Positions 18,245 to 26,268 of a stretch of 27,472 nt of DNA are shown here, in pieces. The position numbers and the translations under genes were made by a program. The stretch is from Planctomycetaceae bacterium (lineage in GTDB: Bacteria > Planctomycetota > Planctomycetia > Planctomycetales > Planctomycetaceae): assembly GCA_044355825.1 (NCBI GenBank), contig JBIKXJ010000001.1, forward strand, positions 1 through 27,472, written 5' to 3'. Every line of letters starts with the position of its first letter. Position 1 is the stretch's first letter. The notes beneath the pieces were generated by a model. It did not search any database and was not told the DNA's origin. It worked only from the letters and a program-made list of their open reading frames with translations.

Positions 18245-19231
18245 ATGATTGCGCTGATCACCGGTATCACGGGCCAGGACGGCTCCTACCTGACCGAACT
18301 TTTGCTGCAGAAGGGGTACGAGGTTCACGGAATCGTACGCCGCAGCAGCTCGCTGGAGAGGATCCGGCTGGACCGTTTGTATTCCGACGACAGCGTCTTC
18401 GGGAAACGATTGTTCCTGCACTACGCCGATCTGTCGGACGTCACAACCATTCGCCGGATCATCACGCGGGTTCGTCCTACCGAAGTTTACCACCTCGCCG
18501 GTCAGAGTCATGTTGGGTTAAGCTTCGAGATTCCAGAGAGCACCTGCGACCTGACGGCTATGGGAACGCTGAGGATTATGGAAATCCTGCGTGACCTGCC
18601 TCAACCTCCCCGGTTCATGCACGCCAGCAGCCGCGAAATTTTTGGCAGTCCGACCGTCAGCCCCCAGGACGAGAATACACCCAGCAATCCCAATTCACCC
18701 TATGGCTGTGCCAAAGCCTTTGCCACACAGATGACTCGGGTGTACCGGGAAGCTCATGGTTTATTCTTTTGCAACGCGATCTGCTACAACCATGAGAGCC
18801 CCAGACGCGGTGAAAACTTCGTAACCCGCAAAGTGACTCTCGCCGCTGCACGCATCCAGGCAGGACTCCAGAAACAGCTGAGCATGGGTGATCTCGATGC
18901 TGCGAGAGACTGGGGTTACGCGGCCGATTTTGTACATGCGATGTGGCTGATGCTGCAGCAGCCCGCTCCCGGGGACTACGTGCTGGCAACAGGGCGCGCG
19001 CACACGGTGCGGGATTTGCTCGCGATTGCCTTCGAACGGGTGGGGCTCGACTGGAAACAGTACGTTCGTGAGGAGCAGCGTTTTCTTCGGCCGGCAGATG
19101 CATTCGGATTGCTTGGTAACCCTCAGAAGGCCAACACTCAGCTGGGCTGGACGCCGCAGGTAACATTCAGGGAACTGATCGAACTAATGGTTGACAGCGA
19201 TGTGAGGCAGATCTCTGAGCGCAGAACCTGA
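18245..19231 (+). CDS. gmd: GDP-mannose 4,6-dehydratase paralog (copy 2)
   Basis: [60 protein letters not shown] and RDWG. ATG at 18245, 7 nt after the copy 1 stop. Confidence 0.88.
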   Translation: MIALITGITGQDGSYLTELLLQKGYEVHGIVRRSSSLERIRLDRLYSDDSVFGKRLFLHYADLSDVTTIRRIITRVRPTEVYHLAGQSHVGLSFEIPESTCDLTAMGTLRIMEILRDLPQPPRFMHASSREIFGSPTVSPQDENTPSNPNSPYGCAKAFATQMTRVYREAHGLFFCNAICYNHESPRRGENFVTRKVTLAAARIQAGLQKQLSMGDLDAARDWGYAADFVHAMWLMLQQPAPGDYVLATGRAHTVRDLLAIAFERVGLDWKQYVREEQRFLRPADAFGLLGNPQKANTQLGWTPQVTFRELIELMVDSDVRQISERRT

Positions 19232-19251
19232 ATAGTTCCGGAGAGGCTTGG

Positions 19252-19995
19252 ATGAGTATAAAAAAACGCGAACCGGGATTGTTCCTCAGCCTTGTGCTGC
19301 TGCTTCTGTGCATGATTGCCGGGAAGTACATCCTTCCGTCCGGCAGGGCCAGCTCCATTCCCGGGCCAAAACGCGGCGACATGGTGCTGACGGCAGACAG
19401 TCTCCCCGACCAGCTCGGTGTCTGGAAGAAAACTCGCTTCACGCCGGCAGCTGATCCACTGAAGGTCGCAGACCGGGAATCGTGGTGGGTGCATTTATGG
19501 CAATATGCGAGTGGACCTTACAGCACAATCGTCAGCGTGGATCAGGCCCAGTGGGTGGCATGGCACGAACTGAGTGCCTGCTATGTGGCAAATGGCTGGG
19601 AAAAGACTGATCGGCATGTCTATGAAGTGACCGACAAAAACGGTGAAATCTGGCACTTGGTCGTCGTGGACTTCCAAAAGGGTAGTTTTGATCGAGGCCT
19701 GCTGTGTTTTTCACTGTTTGGCAGTGATGGCACACCGATGGAAGCTACATATGAGGACAAGCCGTTTGAAAAGTGGGAACCGGAATCCGGTGGAACGGCC
19801 AAAGCCGACACCCCCGTGCCCGCCAAACGCTGGAATCGTCAGGAATTTGAGCGAGTGATTCAGACACAGGTATTCTACACATGGTCCGGCGACATGCCGC
19901 CCGAAATTCGCCGACAGCTGATCCAGCTGCAGATCGACAGCCGCGAAGTTTTCCGTGACCGCTGGGCCGAACACTGGAAGAAACTCCGCGGCTGA
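19252..19995 (+). CDS. Stand-alone EpsI-like (exosortase-associated) periplasmic protein
   Basis: Single N-terminal TM helix, LPDQLGVW, and WHELSACYVANGW (the H..CY...GW pattern of EpsI-like / exosortase C-terminal domains). GGAGAGG RBS at 19240-19246. Confidence 0.65.
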   Translation: MSIKKREPGLFLSLVLLLLCMIAGKYILPSGRASSIPGPKRGDMVLTADSLPDQLGVWKKTRFTPAADPLKVADRESWWVHLWQYASGPYSTIVSVDQAQWVAWHELSACYVANGWEKTDRHVYEVTDKNGEIWHLVVVDFQKGSFDRGLLCFSLFGSDGTPMEATYEDKPFEKWEPESGGTAKADTPVPAKRWNRQEFERVIQTQVFYTWSGDMPPEIRRQLIQLQIDSREVFRDRWAEHWKKLRG

Positions 19996-20126
19996 AACAT
20001 GGACGCAAACTTTGCCTTTTTTTCATTTAGCGATTTAATCCCAATCCCCGCCTGTGTAGGATTTTTCTGGTTACACACCCGATCAGTACAATCCCGGACT
20101 TCGCTCGCACACTTGGTTTCCTCACA

Positions 20127-23100
20127 GTGTTCAGGTTTATCTGCAAATTTCCTCGTGCAGCAGCCGCTGTTTTGCTGACAGTTCTGGCAGCTGGCTTTGT
20201 TTTTTTTGTGGTTCCGCGTTTTCTGGCTTCCGGCACCGCTCCCGCATCCACAAAATGGAAATCTCAGCACAGTCGCCGCCTGCGTGATCCGTGGCTGTCA
20301 CGTTACTACCTGTTCACCGGCGCTGCAGCCAACTCACAAACTCGTAATCTCAGCGGCTGGCATGGCTCCATGCTGGCCTCACCGAACCCTGAAGGGTATC
20401 GGCCCAGATCGGTTCATGGGCGTGAAGATGGTTTGCGGGCGGTGCGCGTCGACGACCTGCCGATGGAGTCGCTCCCGGCATCAATAGGAAGTGCATTTAC
20501 GGTCGAGTTTCGCATTCGCCACCATGGTCAGGGCTTTGTACGCGGCGGCAATGCCACTCACAGCGGCACACTGGTTGCCATGGGTGATGGGATCTGGAAT
20601 GGTTTCTTGTTTTCCCTCCAGTTTCCCGCAAATACCCTCGCTTTTCAATTAGGGCATCCCAAACCTTCACCCGCAGCTCCGGTTCTCGCTCTCTCACGCC
20701 TGCCTGCAGACGTTTGGACTCATATCGCAGGAACATGGGACGGCAAGGAAGTACGGATCTACGTGAACGGAATGCTGGCAGGCCGACGAGCCTGCAGCGG
20801 TCCGCTCTTTCCGGTGCCTCGTTCATCTCGCCTGCGAGTCGGTTATGTTGGGAACGGGCTTGGCTCAGTGCGATTTGACATCGAGCATCTGGCGCTGTTC
20901 GGACGGTGCTTTTCCGATGAAGAAATTCTGTGCGCCGCCTGGCCCGAAAAGTTTTCCAACTCGGACCTGCTCGCCGCCTTCCTCAGCAGCGGCCGCAGCC
21001 TTGTCCGCGGTGATCTCGACGAAGCCCGTACAGCACTTGAGGCGATTCAGAAAGCGGCCGATGCCGACTCACTGCTCAAGGCCCTCGCCGAACTACGGCT
21101 CGGCGAATGTGCTCGCGAGTCAGAATCCTATGCGACGGCAGAGCAGTGGTTTGGCCTTGCGGCGGCTGATTCCCGGCCAGCAGAAATTCGAATGGCAGCC
21201 GCAATGGAGCGACATGCACTGTCGCGAAGTCTGTTCCAGCCTTCATCTGCAAAGCTCCGCTCAGATCCTGCAGGACCTCAGGGTGACAACGTCTGGGCTC
21301 AGGCCCGCGCGCAGCTGGTCGCAGCCAATTATGACTTCGAACGCACATACTCATTTGAATCGGTGGACGAATGGCGCCGGAACTATGAAGCGACAATCTG
21401 GCCAATTCTCGAACGTTCATGCACCTCGTGCCATCACTCTCAATCCAGCCCCCCGCCAGATCTCACCGCTCTCAGTTCAAGCGGTGACGCTATTCAGGTT
21501 GGGGATGCCTTCTGGCGAAAGTTGGCGGTAGCCATCGAGCTGCAGCATCCGCGGCTGCCTCCCCATACTTCGATTTCTGAGCCTGAGCAGCTGCGGCTGC
21601 TCAGCTGGATCGATTCACGTCCACGGATAGGGCTGTGCGAGGAACTCGCCGAAGACGGAGACGCGCCACGACACCTCGAAGAAAGCGAATGGCGCACAGG
21701 CGCAGGCGCCGCCCGCCGTCTCACCCGCAGCGAGCTGCGAAATGCGATCCGAGACCTGCTAAACGTCAATCTCTCCGATGATCAGCTGCCTCCATTTGAA
21801 GGATCCGGCGGCGAAGGTTTCGACACCGGATCAAGCACTCTGTTCACATCCTCTATGCTGCTGGAAACCTGGATGCAGGCCGTGCAGAGTTCTGTCGAGC
21901 AGGCCATTGCTGCAGACAGTCGGAATTCTGATCGCGGTTCCTGCCGCATCCTTGCCGTATTGCCCGGCGGCGACCTCGGCCATCGTGCTGCTGCCTCCAA
22001 ATGCCTCGAATCCTTTGCCCGTCGTGCGTGGCGGCGGCAGCCTCTGATCAGCGAAGTGAACCGACTGCTGGAACTCTACGACCTGTCCCACAGCGACTCA
22101 GGCGACTTCCTCCTGGCCCTGAGTGAATCAGCAAAGGCCGTGTTACTGTCGCCCCACTTTCTGCTTGTATCTGAACCCGAACCGGTCCGCGAAGGCGAAT
22201 ACGAACTTTTACCGGAACAGCTTGCCACAAGAATGGCCTTATTCCTGTGGTCGTCAATACCGGACGACGAACTGCTCAATGCTGCTCTGACCGGCCGACT
22301 ATCAGTACCTCGTGATATTCGCCACCAGATAAATCGCATGCTGAGAGACCCACGTTCTGCCGCACTTGGCAGCAATTTTGGCCTGCAGTGGCTTGGCCTT
22401 GAACGCGCCACAAGTCTGCAGCCGGACACAGATATTTTCCAGGACTGGACATCGGAAAGTGCCGACCTTCTGCAGCAGGAAGCGGCGGGATTTGTTGGGC
22501 ATGTCCTCCGCGAGAACAAACCTCTGACAGAGCTGCTGCACGCGAATTATGTATTTGCCAATCAGCAGATCGCAAAGTACTACGGATTGCCAGCGCCATC
22601 CACAGGTGAATGGCAGCCAATCGGAATTTCAGATGGCTCTCGCGGAGGCGTGCTTTCGCTCGGAGCAGTGCTGACAGCGACATCACGGCCTGGTCGCACA
22701 AGTCCCGTGCTGCGCGGGCGCTGGATTCTCGAAAACATCCTCGGCGAAACCGTCGCACCGCCACCTCCGGATATCCCTCCGCTTCCGGAAAAGATCGACC
22801 CGGATGCTCCGCTTTCGCTGCGGGAGCGACTTGAACAGCACCGCAGTGATCCCGCCTGCGCCAGTTGCCACGCGACAATGGATCAGCTCGGATTCGGTCT
22901 TGAAGAATTCGACCCCACCGGACGGCTGCGGCGAGATGATGGCACAGGCCTGATTGATGCATCCGGTGTATTGCCTTCCGGCGAGGAATTTAGTGGACTT
23001 GCCGGATTAAAACAGGCGCTCAGGGTTCGCGAACAGCAGTTCCTGCGAGTGTTCTGTCGCCGCCTCCTTGGTTATGCGCTCGGTCGCGGGATTGACAGAT

Positions 23101-23222
23101 TTGACGAGTGCGTGGTTGATCGCTGCCTTGAGCGGCTCGCCACAGCCGGGAATTGCGCTGACGTTGTGTTCGAAGAGATTATTTTGAGCTTTCCGTTCCG
23201 TAACCGTCAGGCTTTACCATGA
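20127..23222 (+). CDS. LamG-like + TPR-like + haem c + DUF1587/DUF1595/DUF1592/DUF1588/DUF1585 multidomain protein
   Basis: N-terminal TM, LamG motif WTHIAGTWDGKEVRIYVNG, and IWPILERSCTSCH. Module motifs: RRLTRSELRNAIRDLL (DUF1587), FARRAWRR (DUF1595), LATRMALFLWSSIPDDELL (DUF1592), TSPVLRGRWILENILG and CASCH (DUF1588), LLGYALGR (DUF1585). Confidence 0.9.
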   Translation: MFRFICKFPRAAAAVLLTVLAAGFVFFVVPRFLASGTAPASTKWKSQHSRRLRDPWLSRYYLFTGAAANSQTRNLSGWHGSMLASPNPEGYRPRSVHGREDGLRAVRVDDLPMESLPASIGSAFTVEFRIRHHGQGFVRGGNATHSGTLVAMGDGIWNGFLFSLQFPANTLAFQLGHPKPSPAAPVLALSRLPADVWTHIAGTWDGKEVRIYVNGMLAGRRACSGPLFPVPRSSRLRVGYVGNGLGSVRFDIEHLALFGRCFSDEEILCAAWPEKFSNSDLLAAFLSSGRSLVRGDLDEARTALEAIQKAADADSLLKALAELRLGECARESESYATAEQWFGLAAADSRPAEIRMAAAMERHALSRSLFQPSSAKLRSDPAGPQGDNVWAQARAQLVAANYDFERTYSFESVDEWRRNYEATIWPILERSCTSCHHSQSSPPPDLTALSSSGDAIQVGDAFWRKLAVAIELQHPRLPPHTSISEPEQLRLLSWIDSRPRIGLCEELAEDGDAPRHLEESEWRTGAGAARRLTRSELRNAIRDLLNVNLSDDQLPPFEGSGGEGFDTGSSTLFTSSMLLETWMQAVQSSVEQAIAADSRNSDRGSCRILAVLPGGDLGHRAAASKCLESFARRAWRRQPLISEVNRLLELYDLSHSDSGDFLLALSESAKAVLLSPHFLLVSEPEPVREGEYELLPEQLATRMALFLWSSIPDDELLNAALTGRLSVPRDIRHQINRMLRDPRSAALGSNFGLQWLGLERATSLQPDTDIFQDWTSESADLLQQEAAGFVGHVLRENKPLTELLHANYVFANQQIAKYYGLPAPSTGEWQPIGISDGSRGGVLSLGAVLTATSRPGRTSPVLRGRWILENILGETVAPPPPDIPPLPEKIDPDAPLSLRERLEQHRSDPACASCHATMDQLGFGLEEFDPTGRLRRDDGTGLIDASGVLPSGEEFSGLAGLKQALRVREQQFLRVFCRRLLGYALGRGIDRFDECVVDRCLERLATAGNCADVVFEEIILSFPFRNRQALP

Positions 23223-24538
23223 GTCACTGCCGTCGACGATTCCTTCATGGCGCGGGCGCGGCGCTCCCGTTACCGTGGCTGCCATCGCTGTTGGCCCGTC
23301 CGTTCGCTCGTACGGACCCCGCACCGCCACGGCGATCCGTTTTCCTGTTCTTCCCTAACGGCGTTTGGGAACAGGGCTGGGTTCCTGAAGATGAAGGCCC
23401 CGAATATAAGCTGAGCCCGAGCCTGCAACCACTCGCTCCAATCCGCTCAGAAGTGCTCGTCCTGACCGGCCTTGATAAAGTCAACAGTAAGGACTACATC
23501 AGCCACCAGTCAAATACTGCCAATTTTCTCACTGGCCTGAAAGTCAATCGCACCACAGGAAAACAACTCAGCGCCGGCGGCATTTCCATCGACCAGCTGA
23601 TTGCCACGAAAATCGGCGATCAGACACCCGTTAAGAGTCTGGTGCTCGGAGTTGAACCTTTAAATGTCGGTGTTGATCGTGCCAATAATATTACAACTCT
23701 GTATACATCACTGATCTCATGGGAATCAGCTCAACAGCCGGTGATGCCGGATAACAGCCCGAGAGCCGTCTTTGACCGATTGTTTGGCCGCTCCCCGGCA
23801 GCCACCCCGGATGCCCGCCGCGCCAATTCGCGACTCCTCAATCTGGTGCTCGAAGATGCACGCGACCTCCGCACTCGACTTGGCCGGGACGACCGAGTCA
23901 AGCTCGATGAATACCTGTCTTCCGTGGAATCAATCGAATCACGAATTCGTCTGACCGAACGCGCCGCCACGGAAGGTGTGCCCACGCCGGTCGACAGACT
24001 CCCCGTTACACCTCTGCGGCCGGCTGACAACCTGAATTTTCCCGACCGACTCGCTGCCATGCTGGACCTGCTTGTGCTGGCAATTCAATCCGACGCGACA
24101 CGCGTCGCTTCGATCATGCTGGCAAATGATGTGTCCAATCAAACGTTTGGATTTATCGGCGTACCTGAATCGCACCACGACGTTTCGCACCATCAGAGCG
24201 ACGCACACAAGATCAATGCTTACGAACGGATTACGCGCTGGTACGTTGAACAGTTCGCTGGCTTCACGCAAAAGCTCAAAGCCATCCCGGAAGGCAATGG
24301 GTCGCTGCTTGACAACTGCCAGCTGCTCTTTGGGTCAGGCATGTCCGATGGCAATCGGCATGACCCGGACAACCTGCCAATCCTGCTGGCTGGCGGAGCT
24401 GCTCGGAAAATGCCATCTGGTCAGCACCTGAGTTTCCGCAATGGATCCACTCCGCTCTGCAACCTTTACCTCTCTATGCTGCACTGGCATGGTATCGATG
24501 TCGACCACTTCGGCGACAGCACTGAACCACTCCTCTAA
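23219..24538 (+). CDS. DUF1552 (HXXSHH) domain protein
   Basis: Tat-like RRRFLHGAGAALPLPWL, FFPNGV, PRAVFDRLFG, LDEYLSSVESIE, HDVSHH and GSGMSDGNRHDPDNLPILLAGG. ATGA overlap with the upstream stop indicates translational coupling. This is the usual partner of DUF1592 proteins. Confidence 0.93.
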   Translation: MSHCRRRFLHGAGAALPLPWLPSLLARPFARTDPAPPRRSVFLFFPNGVWEQGWVPEDEGPEYKLSPSLQPLAPIRSEVLVLTGLDKVNSKDYISHQSNTANFLTGLKVNRTTGKQLSAGGISIDQLIATKIGDQTPVKSLVLGVEPLNVGVDRANNITTLYTSLISWESAQQPVMPDNSPRAVFDRLFGRSPAATPDARRANSRLLNLVLEDARDLRTRLGRDDRVKLDEYLSSVESIESRIRLTERAATEGVPTPVDRLPVTPLRPADNLNFPDRLAAMLDLLVLAIQSDATRVASIMLANDVSNQTFGFIGVPESHHDVSHHQSDAHKINAYERITRWYVEQFAGFTQKLKAIPEGNGSLLDNCQLLFGSGMSDGNRHDPDNLPILLAGGAARKMPSGQHLSFRNGSTPLCNLYLSMLHWHGIDVDHFGDSTEPLL

Positions 24539-24568
24539 TCCCCCATACGACGGACCTCCTCGCCCGTC

Positions 24569-25807
24569 ATGGCTGATCAATTCAATTTTCACTGCTCTGC
24601 CAGGCGCCCTATGCCGCTCCCATCGAAATACCTCACCCAAATCCTCCAAACTGGTCTCTTGTTCGCCTGCGCACTCATCGTTGCTGCCGTGTTTTGTTAC
24701 TCACCCAATTCCGTCCCCGGTTCAGGCCCAACGTGGCAAACCTGGCAACGTCAACAGCGAATTTTCGCCGCCCATTCACACATCCGCCGACTCTATAATT
24801 TCCAGGACACCACTGCGGCGGTCGGCAACTTCTCCAACCACGCCGGTCTCCTCCACCCTTTGTTACTCGAATCCCGGAATCCCGGTAACTCCCGGGATGT
24901 CTTCTCCGTCGTTGAAGGTCGTTTTCCGTGGAAGCAGGCCGCCCGTCTGAAATACGGCGCCCTGCAATCCGGTCTCTCAGTACCCTCCGGCAGGGCTTTC
25001 ACCTTTCATACCTGGATGCGGCATTTTGGTGAAGCGAATCCAGACGACAGATTCTATGGCAAGGTGTGCTCTGTCATGTCCATGGGTGACGGCGTCAATG
25101 CCGGCTGGTGCCTGCAACTGCTGCGTCCCTGTAATATGCTGCTGTTCTGCATTGGACAACCCTCTCACAGTTTAGCAATCGGTCTGCCCTCGCTTACTCA
25201 GCTCCCCGAAGGAGTCTGGACTCCCATTGCCGGCACATGGGACGGTAAGCATCTGCGGCTGTATGTCCGCGGCCTGCTGTGCGCTCAGGGACGATATGAC
25301 GGTCCATACTTTCCACCGGCGGCGCACAGCCGATTTCGCCTCGGAGTCGCCGGAAATGGCAGCCTCGCCGCCTGCGTCGAATTCGACGAAGTCGCTCTGT
25401 TCGACCGCTCCTTCAGCGACGAGGAAATCCTGCTGATGGCATGGCCGGAGCTCCCTGCCGACGAAGAGAGCCTCACGCCGCTGATCACTGCAGGTCGACA
25501 GCTCGTCTCCGGCCAGTTTGATGATGCCGAATCACTGCTGCAGCCCAACGACCCGCTGGCAAGGGAATCGGAGTTGCTGCAGGCACTGATCCGCTTCCGA
25601 CTCGCGGAAGTGCTGCCGCATATCCAGCGTGACGAAGACGCTCAAAAACTGTTTCAACGTCTCTGCGACGACTCCAGTCTGACTGATACCCTGCGACTGG
25701 CCGCCGACAGTGAACAGCAACTGCTCAGGCACGGCGAAAAACGCCCCCATCCCGGTTCCGGAATCGCTTCTGAGCTGGATCTCTGGACGTGGTGTCGCGA
25801 GTTGTAG
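24569..25807 (+). CDS. Membrane-anchored LamG-like/TPR-like protein, paralog of the N-terminal part of 20127..23222
   Basis: TM helix (LLFACALIVAAVFCY). LPEGVWTPIAGTWDGKHLRLYVRG matches LPADVWTHIAGTWDGKEVRIYVNG (17/24 identical), and FSDEEILLMAWPE matches FSDEEILCAAWPE (11/13). Start may be a downstream ATG (MPLPSK). Confidence 0.8.
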   Translation: MADQFNFHCSARRPMPLPSKYLTQILQTGLLFACALIVAAVFCYSPNSVPGSGPTWQTWQRQQRIFAAHSHIRRLYNFQDTTAAVGNFSNHAGLLHPLLLESRNPGNSRDVFSVVEGRFPWKQAARLKYGALQSGLSVPSGRAFTFHTWMRHFGEANPDDRFYGKVCSVMSMGDGVNAGWCLQLLRPCNMLLFCIGQPSHSLAIGLPSLTQLPEGVWTPIAGTWDGKHLRLYVRGLLCAQGRYDGPYFPPAAHSRFRLGVAGNGSLAACVEFDEVALFDRSFSDEEILLMAWPELPADEESLTPLITAGRQLVSGQFDDAESLLQPNDPLARESELLQALIRFRLAEVLPHIQRDEDAQKLFQRLCDDSSLTDTLRLAADSEQQLLRHGEKRPHPGSGIASELDLWTWCREL

Positions 25808-26268
25808 GGACATGGTGCGACGGCAAGTGGTTATCTCGCAGCCTTGTGGTGACGCAGTACGTGGCTATCCAGCAATCGCCAATTCTCCCTTCACCCGGGA
25901 ACAGGGCGGTACCTGATTGCGAAACAGGCCAGCATCCTGCTTTGCGACTGGTAATTCTGGATGCTGGACCTGATGGTTTTGTAGAGAAAAGTTTGTTGCG
26001 ACAACAGCGGTCTGATTGGTGCTGAATAAGCTCATACCAGACCGGGCTATGGATTTAGGTGTGGCGCAACAGACGGTGCAAACCGCAATGTTCCTATCAC
26101 CCGTACTATTCCTACAGCGAGCGTTACCTCGTTTATCCACAAAGATAAATATCAATCAGAGATTCCGCATCTGAAACTGCCGCTTAGGTAAGTGCGTTTA
26201 CTCGGTGAAGGGGCTATGTAGGGACGAAGCTAGTAGGATGTTCAGACGAAACTTTTGGAGTTACGGTG

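Noticed and set aside
26133-26141. Perfect DnaA box TTATCCACA as a replication origin
   Set aside because: It is a single box with no cluster, unwinding element or dnaA/dnaN context; one 9-mer in 27 kb is compatible with chance.
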